The translations under genes and the position numbers were made by a program. 64,000 nt of DNA, taken from NCBI RefSeq assembly GCF_016433145.1, contig NC_058131.1, forward strand, positions 654,299,633 to 654,363,632. The letters are read 5' to 3'. Each line of letters opens with the position of its first letter. Position 1 is the first letter of the stretch. The stretch comes from Gracilinanus agilis. Its lineage: Eukaryota. The notes under the pieces are model-generated. The model saw only the letters and a list, made by a program, of their open reading frames with translations. It made no database searches and was not told the DNA's origin. Shown in pieces: positions 14,150-25,850 of this stretch.

Positions 14150-14430
14150 TTCTTCAATAGAGGTTTTATATCTAAAATATAGAGAGAACTTGGTCAACTT
14201 TATAAGAATATGAACCATTACCCAACTGAAAAAATGACCAAAAGTTATAAACAGTTTTTGGATAAAAAAATCAGAGCTATATGTAGTTCACATAAAAAAA
14301 AGGTTCTAAATGCAAATCAAAACAACTCTGATATATCATCTCACACCTATCAGATTGACTAAAATGATAAAAGGGCAAAATGACAAATGTTGGAGGGAAT
14401 GTAGAAAAATGAGGACACTAAAACATTCAT
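14150..14430 (+). mobile_element. L1 ORF2 C-terminal fragment
   Basis: atgcaaatcaaaacaactctgatatatcatctcacacctatcagattgactaaaatg...caaatgttggagggaatgtagaaaaa is typical L1 text. Confidence 0.85.
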
Positions 14431-14557
14431 ATAATTATCATTAGATGACTCCTTTTCTCTTTACATTGTTTCTCTTTAAATTTTTAGAATTTTATTCTTG
14501 AGAGTTCCTGATTCCTCAGACTTATTGCCCTTGGAGAACTTTTTCTTCATGAGATTC

Positions 14558-14626
14558 TTTCTCTCTCTGTCTCTATCTATCTCTGTCTCTGTCTCTGTCT
14601 GTCTCTGTCTCTGTCTCTGTCTCTCT
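14558..14626. repeat. (CTGTCT)n/(CT)n simple repeat
   Basis: Read directly. Confidence 0.9.
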
Positions 14627-15413
14627 CATTAAGATTATCAATAATGCAACCTGAGAAAGTATTAAATATTCTGATTTTTACAGAGATAGAGAGCTCTAGC
14701 AGCTGTTTTGAATTATAATTGAAGATGATTGAAATTCTCCTTCACTACTATACCATGCCTCTATGACAGGTTTCTTGTGTTCTTCCTAAATAACCCAACT
14801 ATTTCTTTTTTCTTTATAGTGGCATAAAGAATACAAGATCATTTCTGCCTCTGTCTTCAGTGCCCTAATTCCAAATGCTCTCCATCAAACTTTACTCCTC
14901 TGATTCCTGGTTTCCATCCCAATAGAGATAATATACTTTGCTATTCTCTTTTTCTTCCCTTTCCCTCTACTCTTTCTTTTGTAAATTAAAGTATAACCTT
15001 GCAGAGCCAACTCTCAGTGATGACTATGATAACAAATTTTTCCTTCTTACATAAGTATAGAACAGGCCATGAAAATCCATTAAACAAATTCAATAATTTG
15101 TCATGCTTCTCCCCATACCCTGTGCATTTGCAAATAACCATTTGAGGCCATGGTTTTGATTTCCACTTCCTTTCTTCAATTTTGTCTACTATGGACTTCT
15201 GAGTATATTTGCTGTGATTCTTCTTCATATTTTTCATTTGATCTCTGTGGTATCTAGCTTGGCAGATATATGAGTCCACCCAACCCCATCCGACACACCT
15301 TTATTGTAAATCACTTTTGATTAAGTTTGCAAAACTCCATAAAAATATATTCTTGCAAATCCTTTAGTTCATGCCATCCAGACCCAAAAGCCCGTCATTC
15401 CTCTATTTTAAAC

Positions 15414-15612
15414 CAGGTGTTGTCAAATGACAGCCCAAGGATGAAATCTAGCCTGCTGCTTGTTTCTCGACAGTCCACAAGCGAAGAATGTTTTTTACAT
15501 TTTAAAATACAGTATAATTTTATTCTAAAATGTTAAAACCATTCTTAGCTGAAGAGCCATACAAAAATATGTGGCAGGCTGAATTTGGCTCATGAGTCTT
15601 AGCTTACCCCTG
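15414..15612. mobile_element. hAT-Charlie MITE (MER58-like)
   Basis: Degenerate TIRs caggtgttgtcaaa...agcttacccctg, MER58-like internal text, and imperfect 8-bp flanks ttttaaac/tattaaaa. Confidence 0.75.
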
Positions 15613-16133
15613 TATTAAAACATCATTCAGAAATCCTAATCCCATTCTCAGACATTTTCTTAATGAATTGTTATTTTTCAACTATGCCTTTCTCATTTTT
15701 ATTCCTTTCTTTCATTAGGCAGCAATGATGAAAAACATCACCTGTGCCCCTATGATTCCAAAGACTATGTAATCCTTAACAATAATTGCTAGGTTCCTTA
15801 TGGCAGTATCAATTATCCTTTTCTAAATTATAAGAAGTATTCACTTTGTTTGTAAGTCTCAGGAGATTTTCTGTCAGGTCTTGGATACATGCTTTGGAAA
15901 CACAACAGTCCTTTCTTTTGTTGTTCTCAAGTTGCTTCCACTCATCAGAAAACCACTTACCACCATTTTTCAATTTTATGTTTTTGGAAACTTATTAGAT
16001 TACACCTTGCTTGCACGTTTTGGATTCTTATTACCTTTCTTTGAAGGACAAGCAGCTTCTTCTGGTTTTGTCTCTCTCCTATTTGGGAAGCCCCTTTTAT
16101 TTCTTTCTTAGTGATGAGGTCCTTCTTTTCTTT

Positions 16134-16327
16134 CTTTTTTTTTAAACCTTTACTTTCCATCTTGGAGCCAATTGGCTCCAAGGCAGAAGAGTGGTAAGGG
16201 TAGGCAATGGGGGTCAAGTGACTTGCCTAAGGTCACACAGCCAGGAAGTATCTGAGGTCAGATTTGAACCTAGGACCTCCCATCTCTAGGCCTGGCTCTC
16301 AATCCACTGAGCCACCCAGCTGCCCCT
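16134..16327 (-). mobile_element. Full-length SINE-1-type element
   Basis: Poly-T, aaaccttactttccatcttggagccaattggctccaaggcagaagagtggtaaggg ... gagccacccagctgcccc. Confidence 0.92.
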
Positions 16328-16774
16328 CTTTCTCTCCTATATTATATTCTCCTGCCATGTAAACTCTTAATATGGATCAAGGATCTCCATTTCCTCATAA
16401 AATGAATGTTTATGTTTTGCTTTTACATTTAGATGTTCCTTCTGTCTCTTTTTATGAAACATGTTAGTCCAGACAAAATTAAGGTTTCATCAAAAAACAA
16501 AGAAAGAAGAAGAGTCTATGGTTATCACATATCAGATGACAAGGGAATAAACTCAGTCTCCTGGAAGAAGTGGAGCCAGGAGCCAGGTTCAAGGTTTCAG
16601 GGAAATAAGAACATGATCCATTCTTCAAGGGTAACGTCTTCCTAGCCAGAGAATGACTCATAAAATGAATTCAGTGCTCAGTCAGAAAGGTGACTGATGA
16701 GGGATTCTTGTCTCTCTTGTAAACGGGGTCAGCATTGACCCCAGAAATACATATTACTGGAATTATTGATCTGG

Positions 16775-16961
16775 AGTTGGAAGGGACTTCAGAGGTCATC
16801 TAGTGCAACTCCCTCACTTTATAGATAAAGAAAATGAAATTTATGAAGGTTTAGTGACTTAATCAAGAAGTTGGAAGGGACTTCAGAGGTCATCTAGTCC
16901 AACTCCCTCATTTTATAGATAAAGAAAATGAAATTTATGCAGGTTTAGTGACTTAATCAAG
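16775..16961 (+). repeat. 94-bp tandem duplication within a MIR-like element
   Basis: 16775-16867 and 16869-16961 differ by 3 substitutions. Confidence 0.92.
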
Positions 16962-18780
16962 ATGACCCTGGAAGTAAGAATCAAAGGTGAGATTTGAACC
17001 CAGATTATCTGAATTCGGAGCCAGTTTTTAAGTGTGTACCCTATTTTTCTTATAAGTGGGGTTAACGCTGATATTCCTGCCAGAGTTAGGGTGCTGCAAA
17101 CACTATTGGTTTTAATATATGTAAGTAAGAGTTTCCTTGTTCAGGATATATGAAAGAAATGCATTGGGCTCACTGCTTTAGTTAAGTAGGGCTCCCTCCA
17201 GATTCCTCCCTTCACCAGGATTTCACGGGAAGGATTTGGAAATATTCATTTTGTGGATGCCAGCTCTTATGGAAACCACCAGCTTAGCAAAGATTCCCAA
17301 AAGAAGATAAGGAGAGCTTGGCTGCCATTTAGAACGAGTTCCATAAACATCACAGGAGCCTTCTCAACTGCAGTACTCAAGGAAGCACCTGTTCGTTAGC
17401 TGAAGTCATGTTTCCCAGGCGACTGAAGTCATGTTTCCCAGGTGACATAGAATGTATTACAAGCTCTCAACGCTAGACGAAGACTTTAACCATTTGTAAG
17501 CCCGGCTGGAAACGAGTAAATGGCCGGAAAGGAGAAAAGGCGTGATGTCCTCCCTAGTTCCTTGGCTAAAGCTAGGACTGACATCAGTGACTTCGCGTGT
17601 TCTCTCTGCATCCCGGGTAGCCGTATCACTGGCATGTGCCCAATAATGACAATAATGGTCCATCAGTATTTCTAAAGATGAAAATGGAGGTCCAAATATC
17701 CTTTGATGGATGATTTAAAGCTTTGAATCTAATAAGCAGAAAATCTGATTTCTTGACAAGGTTGGTGACATTTTCGGTTTGGTGGGGAAAAAAAAAGGGC
17801 ACTCTGGATTTTCAATCTGAATGTCTAGGATTAAATCATAATTCTTCTGAGTGGCCTCGAGCAAATTATTTAAACTTTCTGACCTTTTTAAAATTTGTGA
17901 AAGGAGGAGTTAGATTTAATGCCTTCCGTCCTATGACCCCCAGGCACCTCTGATGCGTAGTGGATATTCTCACCAACAACCCCACTGGTGGCAGTAAAGA
18001 GTTAAGAATAATGTAGAGGCCAAGGGGATCCATCACCGGAATAAAATCTTGGAGGATATTTTTCACCCCGAAGGATCCCAGAGGACTCCATCAATAATAT
18101 AGAGTATATAGTTACGCTGTTCTCACAGGACTCCTTGCACCCGCCTCAGAACGGGGAAACAACAGCTGTTTAATCCTATGGAGTCACACTATCCAGCAGG
18201 TTAACACAGGAAGTGAAAGATAATAGCCAGTGAAATGGGCAAGGGAATTTATTTGTTTTTGTATGTTTGTGTGTGTGTGTGTTTGTTCATGGAGATTTTC
18301 TATTATCTCTAGAAATGGGCCAAAATGGGGCTCCCTAGTCTGCCTGTTGATGCTTATAATTACTAATTGCTTTAGTTCATTTATTCATTAAAACTACACA
18401 AGATCCCAGAAGGTAACCAGAAGTGAATTTAAACTTCCACCCTCCCCCTTCAGCCTCACATAGAAGTTATAACCTTTCCAATTTTCTGATGGGAAAATTC
18501 TCCCATTCCAGCTCTCATCCCCCAGCATAGCTACCCTCAGCCCCTAGTGCCTTGGGCATGTGGCAGGTGCACTGAGACTTAAGCACTGTGCTGATGGAAA
18601 TGACTGGCAAGATCTGTCCTCCTGGTCCACTTTTCATTTTGTGTAGGACAAAGGGATGCATTGGTCGAAATCTGCTTTGAAGCTCTCGTTCCATTATTTT
18701 TACCCATGAATCCACATCTCTTCCAAATAGCCTTATCTCTGCATAGACTATCATCATGCTTCAGTTACCCAGATTTAGAA

Positions 18781-19030
18781 GGGCAGTTAGGGGGTGCAGT
18801 GGAGAGAATGCCAGACCTGGAGTCGGGAAAACTTTATCAAAGTTCAAGTTTGGCTTCAGATACTCACTAGCTGTGCGATAGCCTGGGCAGACCACTCGGC
18901 GGTTTGCTTCAGTTTCCTCCTCTATAAAATGAAGAAGGAAATGGCAAACCACTCCAATCTTTGCCAAGAAAATCCCAAATGGAGTCACAAAGAATTGGAT
19001 ACGACTGAAAAATGACTTGCCAACAAAAAC
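18781..19030 (+). mobile_element. MAR1-type SINE with RTE-like tail
   Basis: gggcagttaggggg...gaaggaaatggcaaaccactccaatctttgccaagaaaatcccaaatggagtcacaaagaattggatacgactgaa. Confidence 0.9.
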
Positions 19031-19332
19031 ACAACCTCAGTGACATCTTCAAATTCTCATTCTCCTTCCCCTCAAATATCCTCCCAGTTGCCCAATTTTG
19101 TCCTTTCCAAATCCAAAACAACTATTGCCCTACCTCAGGTCCCCATTATCTCTCGACCTCTCTGTAGTATTGCAGAAGTCTCCTATTTGATCTCCTTGAC
19201 GTATTTCTCACCTCTCCCATTTACCTTCCATATAGCTTCGGATTTGATTAGGTCACTCTCCTACACAATATATACTCCAGGGACTCCCTGTTGACTCTAG
19301 GGTCCAATATTATTAAACTATTAAACTAATAA

Positions 19333-19461
19333 GCTACTAACAAATAACTTTGGGCAAAATAGTTGCCTAGGCTTCTTCATTTACCCTATTTATAAAATGG
19401 ATGGTAGGATGGGGTAGTCTAGATGATGATGTCCAGGGTATCTTATAGGTCCAAAGCTTCA
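19333..19461 (+). repeat. 129-bp local direct repeat, copy 1 (copy 2 at 21384-21512)
   Basis: Ungapped match with about 9 mismatches, 2051 bp apart. Confidence 0.9.
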
Positions 19462-19744
19462 TCTTTCTCCCTTCCTTGTTTATTTCTATTTTTTATGAAT
19501 TTCATAATATCCATAAGTATTAGTTTAATAATATACATGTGGAATTTATAAGTCAATATGCATGTAAGATGGGTATATGATTAAAATATTAATGTGCTCT
19601 ATTAAAAAACGTTGGAAGACCATTGCTCTAGGTGCTGAAGGGCTAATAATGACTTTACCAAAATTGCATGACCAATATGTGCTAGAGATAAGATTATAAT
19701 ACAAGTTTTTGCCGACTTTTAGCCTAAACCTCTCTCCACTATAG

Positions 19745-19966
19745 CAGTGATGTTAAAATCAAAAGGAGAGGGGGAAAAACTGTAGATAAGGATTCAGACC
19801 AGCTGCATATTGACTAAGAAACCCACAAATTCACATTATCTATGTACCATTGCATCTTTACTTATTTTCTTAAATATTTCCCAATTGCATTTTAATTTGA
19901 TTCAAGCTATACTCAAGAGTGTTGTGGACCCTATGCAGGCAGTAAGCTTCATGTCTAACACTTCTG
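19745..19966. mobile_element. hAT-type MITE with 8-bp TSD
   Basis: Ends are cagtgatgttaaa...ctaacacttctg; flanks are cactatag/tactatag (7 of 8 match). Confidence 0.8.
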
Positions 19967-21383
19967 TACTATAGAATATTGCCTCTCCTCCCTTATCTTG
20001 TAGAAATCAGATCATTTGTTTCTGCCCAGAACCCAAATGTAAACCAAAACCATGATTCCCAGCCAGACTTTACCTGTTTCTAGGACAAGATTTTCAAGTT
20101 ATTCCATTTAACTTTGCCTCCCTTATTTGCAACTTGGCCATTCTGCCAGTCTATTTTAGCTTAATTGGTTGGAGAGTGGATCTGAAACCACTAGGCTCAT
20201 TGCAGATAATGAATTAGCTAGCGGCTTCTCAATGATTATCACAGTGGTGGCTGTTACTATGAGTAAAACCTGCATCCTCCAAATGAAGATGAAGAGAATG
20301 AGGCCAGAGGAATGACTTTGCACCCCCTTACCTGGCTGATCCCTGCTTCAACTCCATCTAGAACCTAGTAATTTTATGAGACAGCAAAGATTTGTAGCTG
20401 CATGGCATTCAGTGTCATTCTCCATCTTGGGATAGAGAATGTTAACAGTGGCAAACCATTGGCCATGCCAATACAAAGAGAATCCTAGCAACATAATGGA
20501 GGAAAAAAGTAGAGGGCCTGAAGTCAGAAAGAGGCAATCATTTAACCCATTGTGTCTTAATTAACTTTTCTATAAAATGGGGACAGTAATACTTGCACCA
20601 CCTATCTTAGGGTTATTGCAGGGACTTAAAATATCAGGGACTTAAAATATCTGCAGTGAGTTATTTGATGGCAGAGGCACTAGCTCAGGTTGAAGCCTAG
20701 ATATCTTAGTTCTTGTCCCCCTTTGTTATCATCTTGTTGTGTGATGTTACTCTCTTGGGTGTTCCATTTTCTTATTTGTAAAATAAAGGTCTGAGAAGGG
20801 AATAAGCATTTATACATCAATCTTCACATAGTGTCCTGAAAAGTAAGTATCTTCAGATGGCTCTAACTTATATTCCAGCCCTCAAATCCTCAGGAATATA
20901 TTCATTTTCCTTATTGCTTTTCAAAACACAAAAGTAAATTTAATGTTCAACTTAGGGAGGGATCTATTGTGGCATTATAGAAAGAGAAAACCTTCCTTCC
21001 TTGCCTATTACTTGCCTTAACATGTTTTATTGCCCTATGAAAATATAAGTTCCTTGAGGTCAAGTAAATTTGGGAAAATTCGTATTTGTATTCCAGCATC
21101 TACTACAGATACTTGGTGATTGATCACTCCCTGGCAGTGGTTGCTTAATAAATGCTTTCGGATTGATAACTAAGCATTGACTTTGGAACTAGAGAACCTG
21201 AGTTCAAATCAGATCCACTGCTAGACACCTCAGAGACCTTCTGATGCCACCTACCCATTTTATACAAGGGAAAACTGATGTCCAGAGAAGTTAAATGACT
21301 TTCCCAAGGTTATTTGTAAGAGATAGGATCTGCAACCAAGCCCTCTGATTCCAGAGCCAGTCCTCTTTACACTGTATCATTAT

Positions 21384-21512
21384 GCTACTAACAAATAACT
21401 TTGGGCAAAATAGTTGTCTAGGCTTCTTCATTTGCCCTATTTATAGAATGGATGGTAAAATGGGGTAGAGTAGATGATGACGTCCAGGGTATCTTATAGG
21501 TCCAAAGCCTCA
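21384..21512 (+). repeat. 129-bp local direct repeat, copy 2
   Basis: Matches 19333-19461. Confidence 0.9.
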
Positions 21513-24500
21513 CCAGGGAGTGCTTTTGACCAGCAGCCTAATCATATTAAGCAATAAGAACCAGAGAGATCTACATTCACCCAAAGCATTGTGCAGCCTA
21601 CAAAACACCAGGATGTTGTCTCCAGGATGACACCTACAGAAATGACCAAGTTTCCTATGATTCTCAGAGAGCTGCTGCCTCTGTCCCCAGACTCTGTTCC
21701 TTTTGTGAATACCAAAACTTACCTTGTGAGTCTAGAGCTGTGGTCTCTGTGGATGGTTTCACTGACACCCTTGACCACCAGGCAAAACCTTGTCCTCCTC
21801 CTGCCATGTTGTATTTCACTGATCCCTAATAAATAGGCTTGGTCAGATTTGATCAAACAAGAACAGTGATTGAATTGAATTGACTTGAAACAAAAGGAAT
21901 AAAAATAAAATCTATTATCAACTCTCCTCGTTTCTGGTGTTTCCAAAGTCCTACCAAATGGGAGCTAATACGCACCTTCCTCCCTCCTTTCTTACTAACA
22001 ACTTCCCAAAGGGTCTAAGGGAGACCTAGGAACTGGTCAAGATATCTGATGCTTCTGCTTTCTTCCTGCAGCTATGTTAATCACATTGACTTCCAATCTT
22101 ACCTCCTCACTGCTTTCCAGTACGAACTACTCACTAGCTACACAGAAGTCTATATTTATGGATATGGGAGAAGTGGAGAGCAGAGGGCAAAGGCAACCAG
22201 ACAAGCAAAAAAGATTTCTCCAGCTCATGCTGGCCACAAATGTTTCATATTATTTCTAGCTGAGGGCTGATCTCTTTTTGTTTGGTTTAGGTTTATAGGC
22301 ATGGGCAGAGCCAAGACTTGGGGCCCATAACTGGTCAGATAGGGCATGGGTATAAATATGACACTATCCGTTAGATTCAGAAATATTCTATGATTTTGGA
22401 GTGGTAGGGATGAGGCTTTGGGATTATTGAGAAGTCATTGATTTCAGGAGACAGCTGAAAGTGCAATGTTAGGATTCTTTCTAGATAATTTAGCTCATTT
22501 CACCTGGATGTAAAAGGAGACTGGATTCATGAAAATGTTCTGTCTAGGATTAAAAATGGTACGTGTAACAAGGGACTGCTCACATTGTGGCCAAGATGGA
22601 AGATGAGCTCCAAGGGAATGAGGACAGTGTGGTACAGTGCCTTTCAAGTCAAGAAGACCTGGGATCAAATCTTGTTTCTGTCATTCTTTGTGTGACCTTG
22701 AGAAGGTCACCTAACCAACAAGGTGGATCAGTGGATAGAGCACTAGGCTTGGAGTCAGGAAAACAAGTTAAAATTGGGACACACACTCTTGCTAATAGTG
22801 TAACCCTGGGAAAATTACTTGGTCTCTTTCAATCTCAGGTCCCCTATTTGTAAAAGGATGGGATTGCACTTAATGGCCTTGAAGGTCTCTTCTAGCTCTA
22901 GCTCTATCATCCTAGGAAACACTCTTGGACTCAGTTTCCTTATCTGTAAAATTAGGGGTTTAGCTACATGGCCTCTGAGGTCTCTTCCAGCTCTAAAAAT
23001 GATCTTATTAGAGAGGAAGTACAACACCTGGGAAGTGTGGCTTTGATCAGCATTGGTGGGTTTTTTTCCCCCAATTTCACTGAATGGTATTGTAGTCTGA
23101 TAAATTAACGGAATCCTGGAATTAAATTAGTTCAGACTTCTTGGCCATCCATGACCTGGTAAAATGATTAAATATTCCCTGGCCAATCCAAGGCACTTGA
23201 TTACGTTAGACCCTTCTCAGGTTATGCCCTGTTCCCCAACTCCCTGTAATTGAGAAATGATTAGATATGTAGAGTGTAGATTACGGAAGCCAGTTCATTT
23301 TTACTTTTTGCTGAGTTTCATAGTGACCTGGGACTATTACGTGCATGGTAGCGGAAATGAGGGCTGGGGGGAGAACCCATAAGCATGCCGTTTGGGGACG
23401 TCCTGGCCTTGCCAATACATAACTGGATATAAATGACCTAACAGGAATAGAGCCCAGGTTCCCAGGGTAGGTCATTTCAATTCCCACCACGGCTGCTGCA
23501 AAAGCTATTGTTCTTAAACAAAACAGCAACCACCTTTATTATATAAAGCAGTTTAAATGAAGCCCCATATCTTTGCATGAAAACATTCAGTCACTTTTTT
23601 TTCATATGAAGGCCCTTTAGAGATATGTATGCCTCTGTTCCTTTCTGCCTGTGTGACCTTGGATATATCACTTGTCCTCGCTGGGTCTCAGTTTCCTTAT
23701 CTTATAAAATTAAGAGGTTGGATTAGACCACTTCCAAGGTTCCTTCAGATATTCTATGATCCTAAGTGAGTTTGCTTCAGCTTTTTGTTGTCTGCTGGGG
23801 CTGAACTGGGTGAGTTCATACACATTTCTCACATTTGGGAGTGAGATCTGAATGATATCAGGTGAATGACTGAGGTTGTCCGAGATCAATTGGCCACCAT
23901 CAGTTCTAGACTTATCTGATCAGAAAGCTTTTGTTAACTGTCTTCTATGCATCAGCCTCTGTGCTGGTCCCTGAAGATATAAATAAAAAAGCAAAACAAC
24001 CTCTTCTCTCAGGGTTCATGTTTTAGCAGTCTCCCTTTTCGATTTCAGCCCGTTCCAAATGATGTGAGCCAAAGCAACAGTGGAAGAAGCATGATAGAGA
24101 GAAGAGAGGTGATCAATATATCACAGACTGGAGCAAGAGGAAACTGAGACAAAAGGTTCCATAGGTCCCCAGAATGAAGGAAAACCCCTTTGACTGGCTC
24201 TTTTGCCAGATATTGAGTCAGGAGAATGCATCTTTCAAATCATAGGATCCTAGGTCTAAAATTGGAAAGGAGCTTAGAGATATTCTAGACCAACTCTCTC
24301 TTTTGACAGAAGAGGAAACTGAGGGTGGGGTCTGGCTAAAGATCACCCAGGTAGTAAACATCAGAATCAGCATTTGAATCCAGCTTCTCAGTTTCCTCAT
24401 TTGTAAAATGAGCTAGAGAGGGAAATGAAAATCACTGCAATATCTTTGCCAAGAAAACCCCAAATGGGGTCACAAGAAGTCAGATATAACTGAAACGATT

Positions 24501-25650
24501 GAACAACAACATCAACTTCTAGTTTCATAGGCAAAGCTCTTACCACTACACTAAGCTGCCTAAGTACCTACCTCAAGGCAATGGAGAAGGGTAACTTTAT
24601 GACTATGAATTCCCCAGTGTTCTTCTCAAGAGATATCTTTTCTGATATCTTTATCCCTTGATGCTTGTCTATTATTTTTTCCCTTTGTGAAAAAAATACC
24701 ATCCCTTTAATTTTTAAACTCACCATTTGGAATTCATAGTTCCTTTCAAGATTTAGGTCAAGCATCACTATTTACACAAGGTCCTTCTCAATTCCCTCTT
24801 TCATTAGTGCTTCCACCCATAAAAATAATTTTGCATGTGTTGCCTATTTATTTATTTGTGTACAGATTACTTCTTCCTTGTAGAATTTAAGCTCCTTGAG
24901 GGAAGGACTCATTTTGGTTTTTATCTTTGCATCCCAGAGCCTAGTACCAGTAGGTCTTTAATAAATGGTTGTAGGATTGAATTGATTAGAGTTATGAACC
25001 TAGAATCTGGAAAACTTAGATACCACTTCTGACACTTACTTGCCCTTTGAGATCTTCTATGTGCCTTGGTTTCCTCCACTGCAAAATATGACTAATAATA
25101 TCTGTTGTGAAGCTCCAGTTAAATAACATATAAAAAGTATTTTTAAACTTTAAAGTGCTCTATGAAAGTCAATTATTATTATCTGCCTTTGCACAGTTCC
25201 TGACATGTAATAAGTTCTATGTAAATGTAAGTTTTAATCATCGTCATCATGTAAGACAATGTATGTACAGCTAGCTCTCTTTGGTGGTAGTTTTAGAGGC
25301 TACAATTCAGGGCAACAGAAGAATATTCTCATTTCTGGGTGTTTAATAACAACAGTCATATATTTCCAGGCTATTTTCAATCATACGACCTATGATTTCA
25401 TCAGAGTCACAGCTTTCCTCAACAACACAGATTGCAACTCTTCTATTGACTTAAAGAGTTTTTGTGTCTCTCTGGGGTCAGCTTTGGGATGAGCTTCTCT
25501 GAACTTATTAGCAAGGCCAGTCTTCATGTAGAGACATCCAGGCTGTCACTGGGATCATACTTGCAGTTCTTCCAACTTTATAGGACCCTCCACAGCTTCT
25601 ATTCCATTGTCATGGAATTTAATCGCCAAGGATTTATTTCTGAGTTTTTC

Positions 25651-25850
25651 ATTTTTAATAACATGCTTTCCGTCTTACAATCAAGACTAAGTATTGGTTC
25701 TAAGACAGAAGAGTGATTAGGACTAGGCAATTGGGATTAAGCAATTTGCCTAGGGTCACACAGCTAGAAAGTGTCTGAGGCCAGATTTGAATCCAGGTCC
25801 TTCTAATAATCCAAGCCTGGCACTCTATCCACTGTGCCACCTAGTTGCCC
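25651..25850 (-). mobile_element. SINE-1-type element
   Basis: ctttccgtcttacaatcaagactaagtattggttctaagacagaagag...ccacctagttgcccc. Confidence 0.88.

Larger units (their letters stand above)
12940..15400 (-). mobile_element. Long fragmented L3/CR1 LINE (endonuclease to RT region) with nested L1/MIR pieces
   Basis: Minus ORF 14986..15279 contains KEKFVIIVITESWL, similar to the CR1 APE motif DIIGITETW. gtcaagcttactagctgatagtttagt (~13690) resembles the GNYRPVSLT region. Confidence 0.65.

Noticed and set aside
25259-25716. Protein-looking minus-frame text (KFREAHPKADPRETQKLFKSIEELQSVLL) as a pseudogene or endogenous viral element
   Set aside because: Multiple stops and no family recognised; it cannot be supported without tBLASTx.
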